The position numbers and the translations under genes were made by a program. Shown here in pieces: positions 62,856 through 64,000 of a stretch of DNA of 64,000 bases. The notes beneath the pieces are model-generated. The model ran no database searches. It had not been told where the DNA came from and worked only from the letters and a program-made list of their open reading frames with translations. Source of the DNA: Chamaesiphon sp. (GTDB lineage Bacteria > Cyanobacteriota > Cyanobacteriia > Cyanobacteriales > Chamaesiphonaceae); the NCBI GenBank assembly GCA_965246715.1, contig CBDFFH010000020.1:128001-192000 (forward strand), read 5' to 3'. Positions within the stretch are counted from its first letter, which is position 1; the number at the start of each line of letters is the position of its first letter.

Positions 62856-63065
62856 TGAGTATAGAGCTGATATTGCTCTGTTTTTTTTGAGTTTCATCGC
62901 TGGATCGTAATTATCATTTACTGCGAGTGCATCGATCGCATAGTCCCGTCCCTCTTCCTGCTTCAGTTCCTGTTTTTGGGTTATTACAGATAGAAGTTTG
63001 CTTTCTTGACTCGGAGATTTAACTTTTTTTGCTCAAAGGAAGTGATTTTAGCTCTAACTCGATTT

Positions 63066-64000
63066 TTAATCTCTGTCAAACCGGGCGATCGCTTCCTGAT
63101 ATAGCTCTAGTTCTGAAAGCGATCGACCGCGCTGGCGTTCGTATTCAACCAGCCGACGCACCCGCTCCAGATCTCCCTGTGCTTTGCGTAAAAGTTTTTC
63201 TTTCAAAACATCCAATTCACTCTGGAGATTTTGGCGATAAGTCGAGCGAAGTTCGTTCGTATAGCGATTCGCAAATTCGTACTCAGCATCAGTCAGATAG
63301 CCCAAGCGATGCCCAGGACGATATTCATTGCCAGCGAAAGATCGTTTGTATCCCGCTAAAAATACGTCACCAAATCCACAGATAAACATACACAGATCGG
63401 TGTCGCGCTCGTTGAGTTCAAAATTCGGCTGGCGGATGCCGCGATTTTCCAAAATATAGTGACAGACTTCATGGGCTAAAATCGCTCGCGCTGCTGGTAA
63501 ATCCCGCTCGAAATCGAGACTGACGCGAATCGTCACCCAACCCTCTTCATCTACTTCAAACTGTCCCGCAGCAGCAGGCACGGATTCGATCGCCACGCGC
63601 GGCACCATCATTGGCACCGCAAACCCTGGTGCTACCCGTCTGGCACGATCGAGTAAAGCTTTTACCACTCGATCGAGTGGAGCCAAATCGGACAACTCAC
63701 GCGGATCGAGTGTAAAGCTGGCAGACCACGAAGACTCCTCCAAAAGCCAGCCTAACTGAGCCAGCCCATCTAAACTAGATTTAATGTGGTCGAAATCCGC
63801 TGAAGCTTTCGGTGTGGCTGAGACTGAAGCTTTCGGTGTTGCTGACTTGCTGCTCGGTGCGATCTCGATCCAAACCACGAAATCTCCACGATCGAAGGGA
63901 GAAACCCGTTTGCTTACGCCGCGCCCAGGGAAGGTGAGGAAACTGCGGTTTTGGCTTCCTGGCGGGATCTGGAGATCGATGTCGCCATCCAGGGTGCGAA
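63066..64000 (-). CDS. DnaJ C-terminal-domain plus HEXXH protein (start lies outside window)
   Basis: Frame open to window edge: RTLDGDIDLQIPPGSQ..FPGRG..RGDFVV, then AILAHEVCH. Confidence 0.65.
   Translation of the reverse strand, partial: RTLDGDIDLQIPPGSQNRSFLTFPGRGVSKRVSPFDRGDFVVWIEIAPSSKSATPKASVSATPKASADFDHIKSSLDGLAQLGWLLEESSWSASFTLDPRELSDLAPLDRVVKALLDRARRVAPGFAVPMMVPRVAIESVPAAAGQFEVDEEGWVTIRVSLDFERDLPAARAILAHEVCHYILENRGIRQPNFELNERDTDLCMFICGFGDVFLAGYKRSFAGNEYRPGHRLGYLTDAEYEFANRYTNELRSTYRQNLQSELDVLKEKLLRKAQGDLERVRRLVEYERQRGRSLSELELYQEAIARFDRD

Noticed and set aside
1..64000. CRISPR array, cas genes, rRNA or tRNA
   Set aside because: No regularly spaced repeat-spacer array, cas-like ORF or recognisable RNA gene seen; the 24-nt elements are dispersed, not arrayed.

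Overview
Cyanobacterial DNA, inferred from the very dense CGATCG/GCGATCGC (HIP1) sites and cyanobacterial-type proteins. It is most likely plasmid or island DNA: the right end carries two tyrosine recombinases around a palindromic site, an AEP primase-type Rep-like gene and an IS5 element. About 0.3-55 kb is a large, mostly + strand redox/general-stress cargo region. It holds many oxidoreductases, a 2280-aa Ser/Thr kinase-AAA-GAF-PAS-His kinase with a NarL regulator, dnaK-cbpA-cbpM, DsbA, dps, HdeD, two pirins, EgtD, BON, TMEM175, gnd, an aquaporin, glucose dehydrogenase, a GH63 glucosidase and KirBac. The most striking signal is a family of 12 clear (plus 1 degenerate) 22-27-nt mini-elements. 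They differ in sequence but share a TT + hairpin + hairpin structure and sit at the same position of a CGATCG site, in either orientation and without target duplication. Most are 24 nt and add 8 aa in frame to otherwise intact proteins; a paralogous pirin in the window lacks the insert. They resemble the cyanobacterial SDR5-type repeats. The dps gene alone carries four of them plus a 539-bp non-coding Tn7/Tn5053-like mini-transposon (TGT...ACA, 26-bp inverted repeats, 5-bp duplication). A 153-bp MITE splits a nitroreductase. All calls were made by eye from the sequence and ORF track; no database searches were run.
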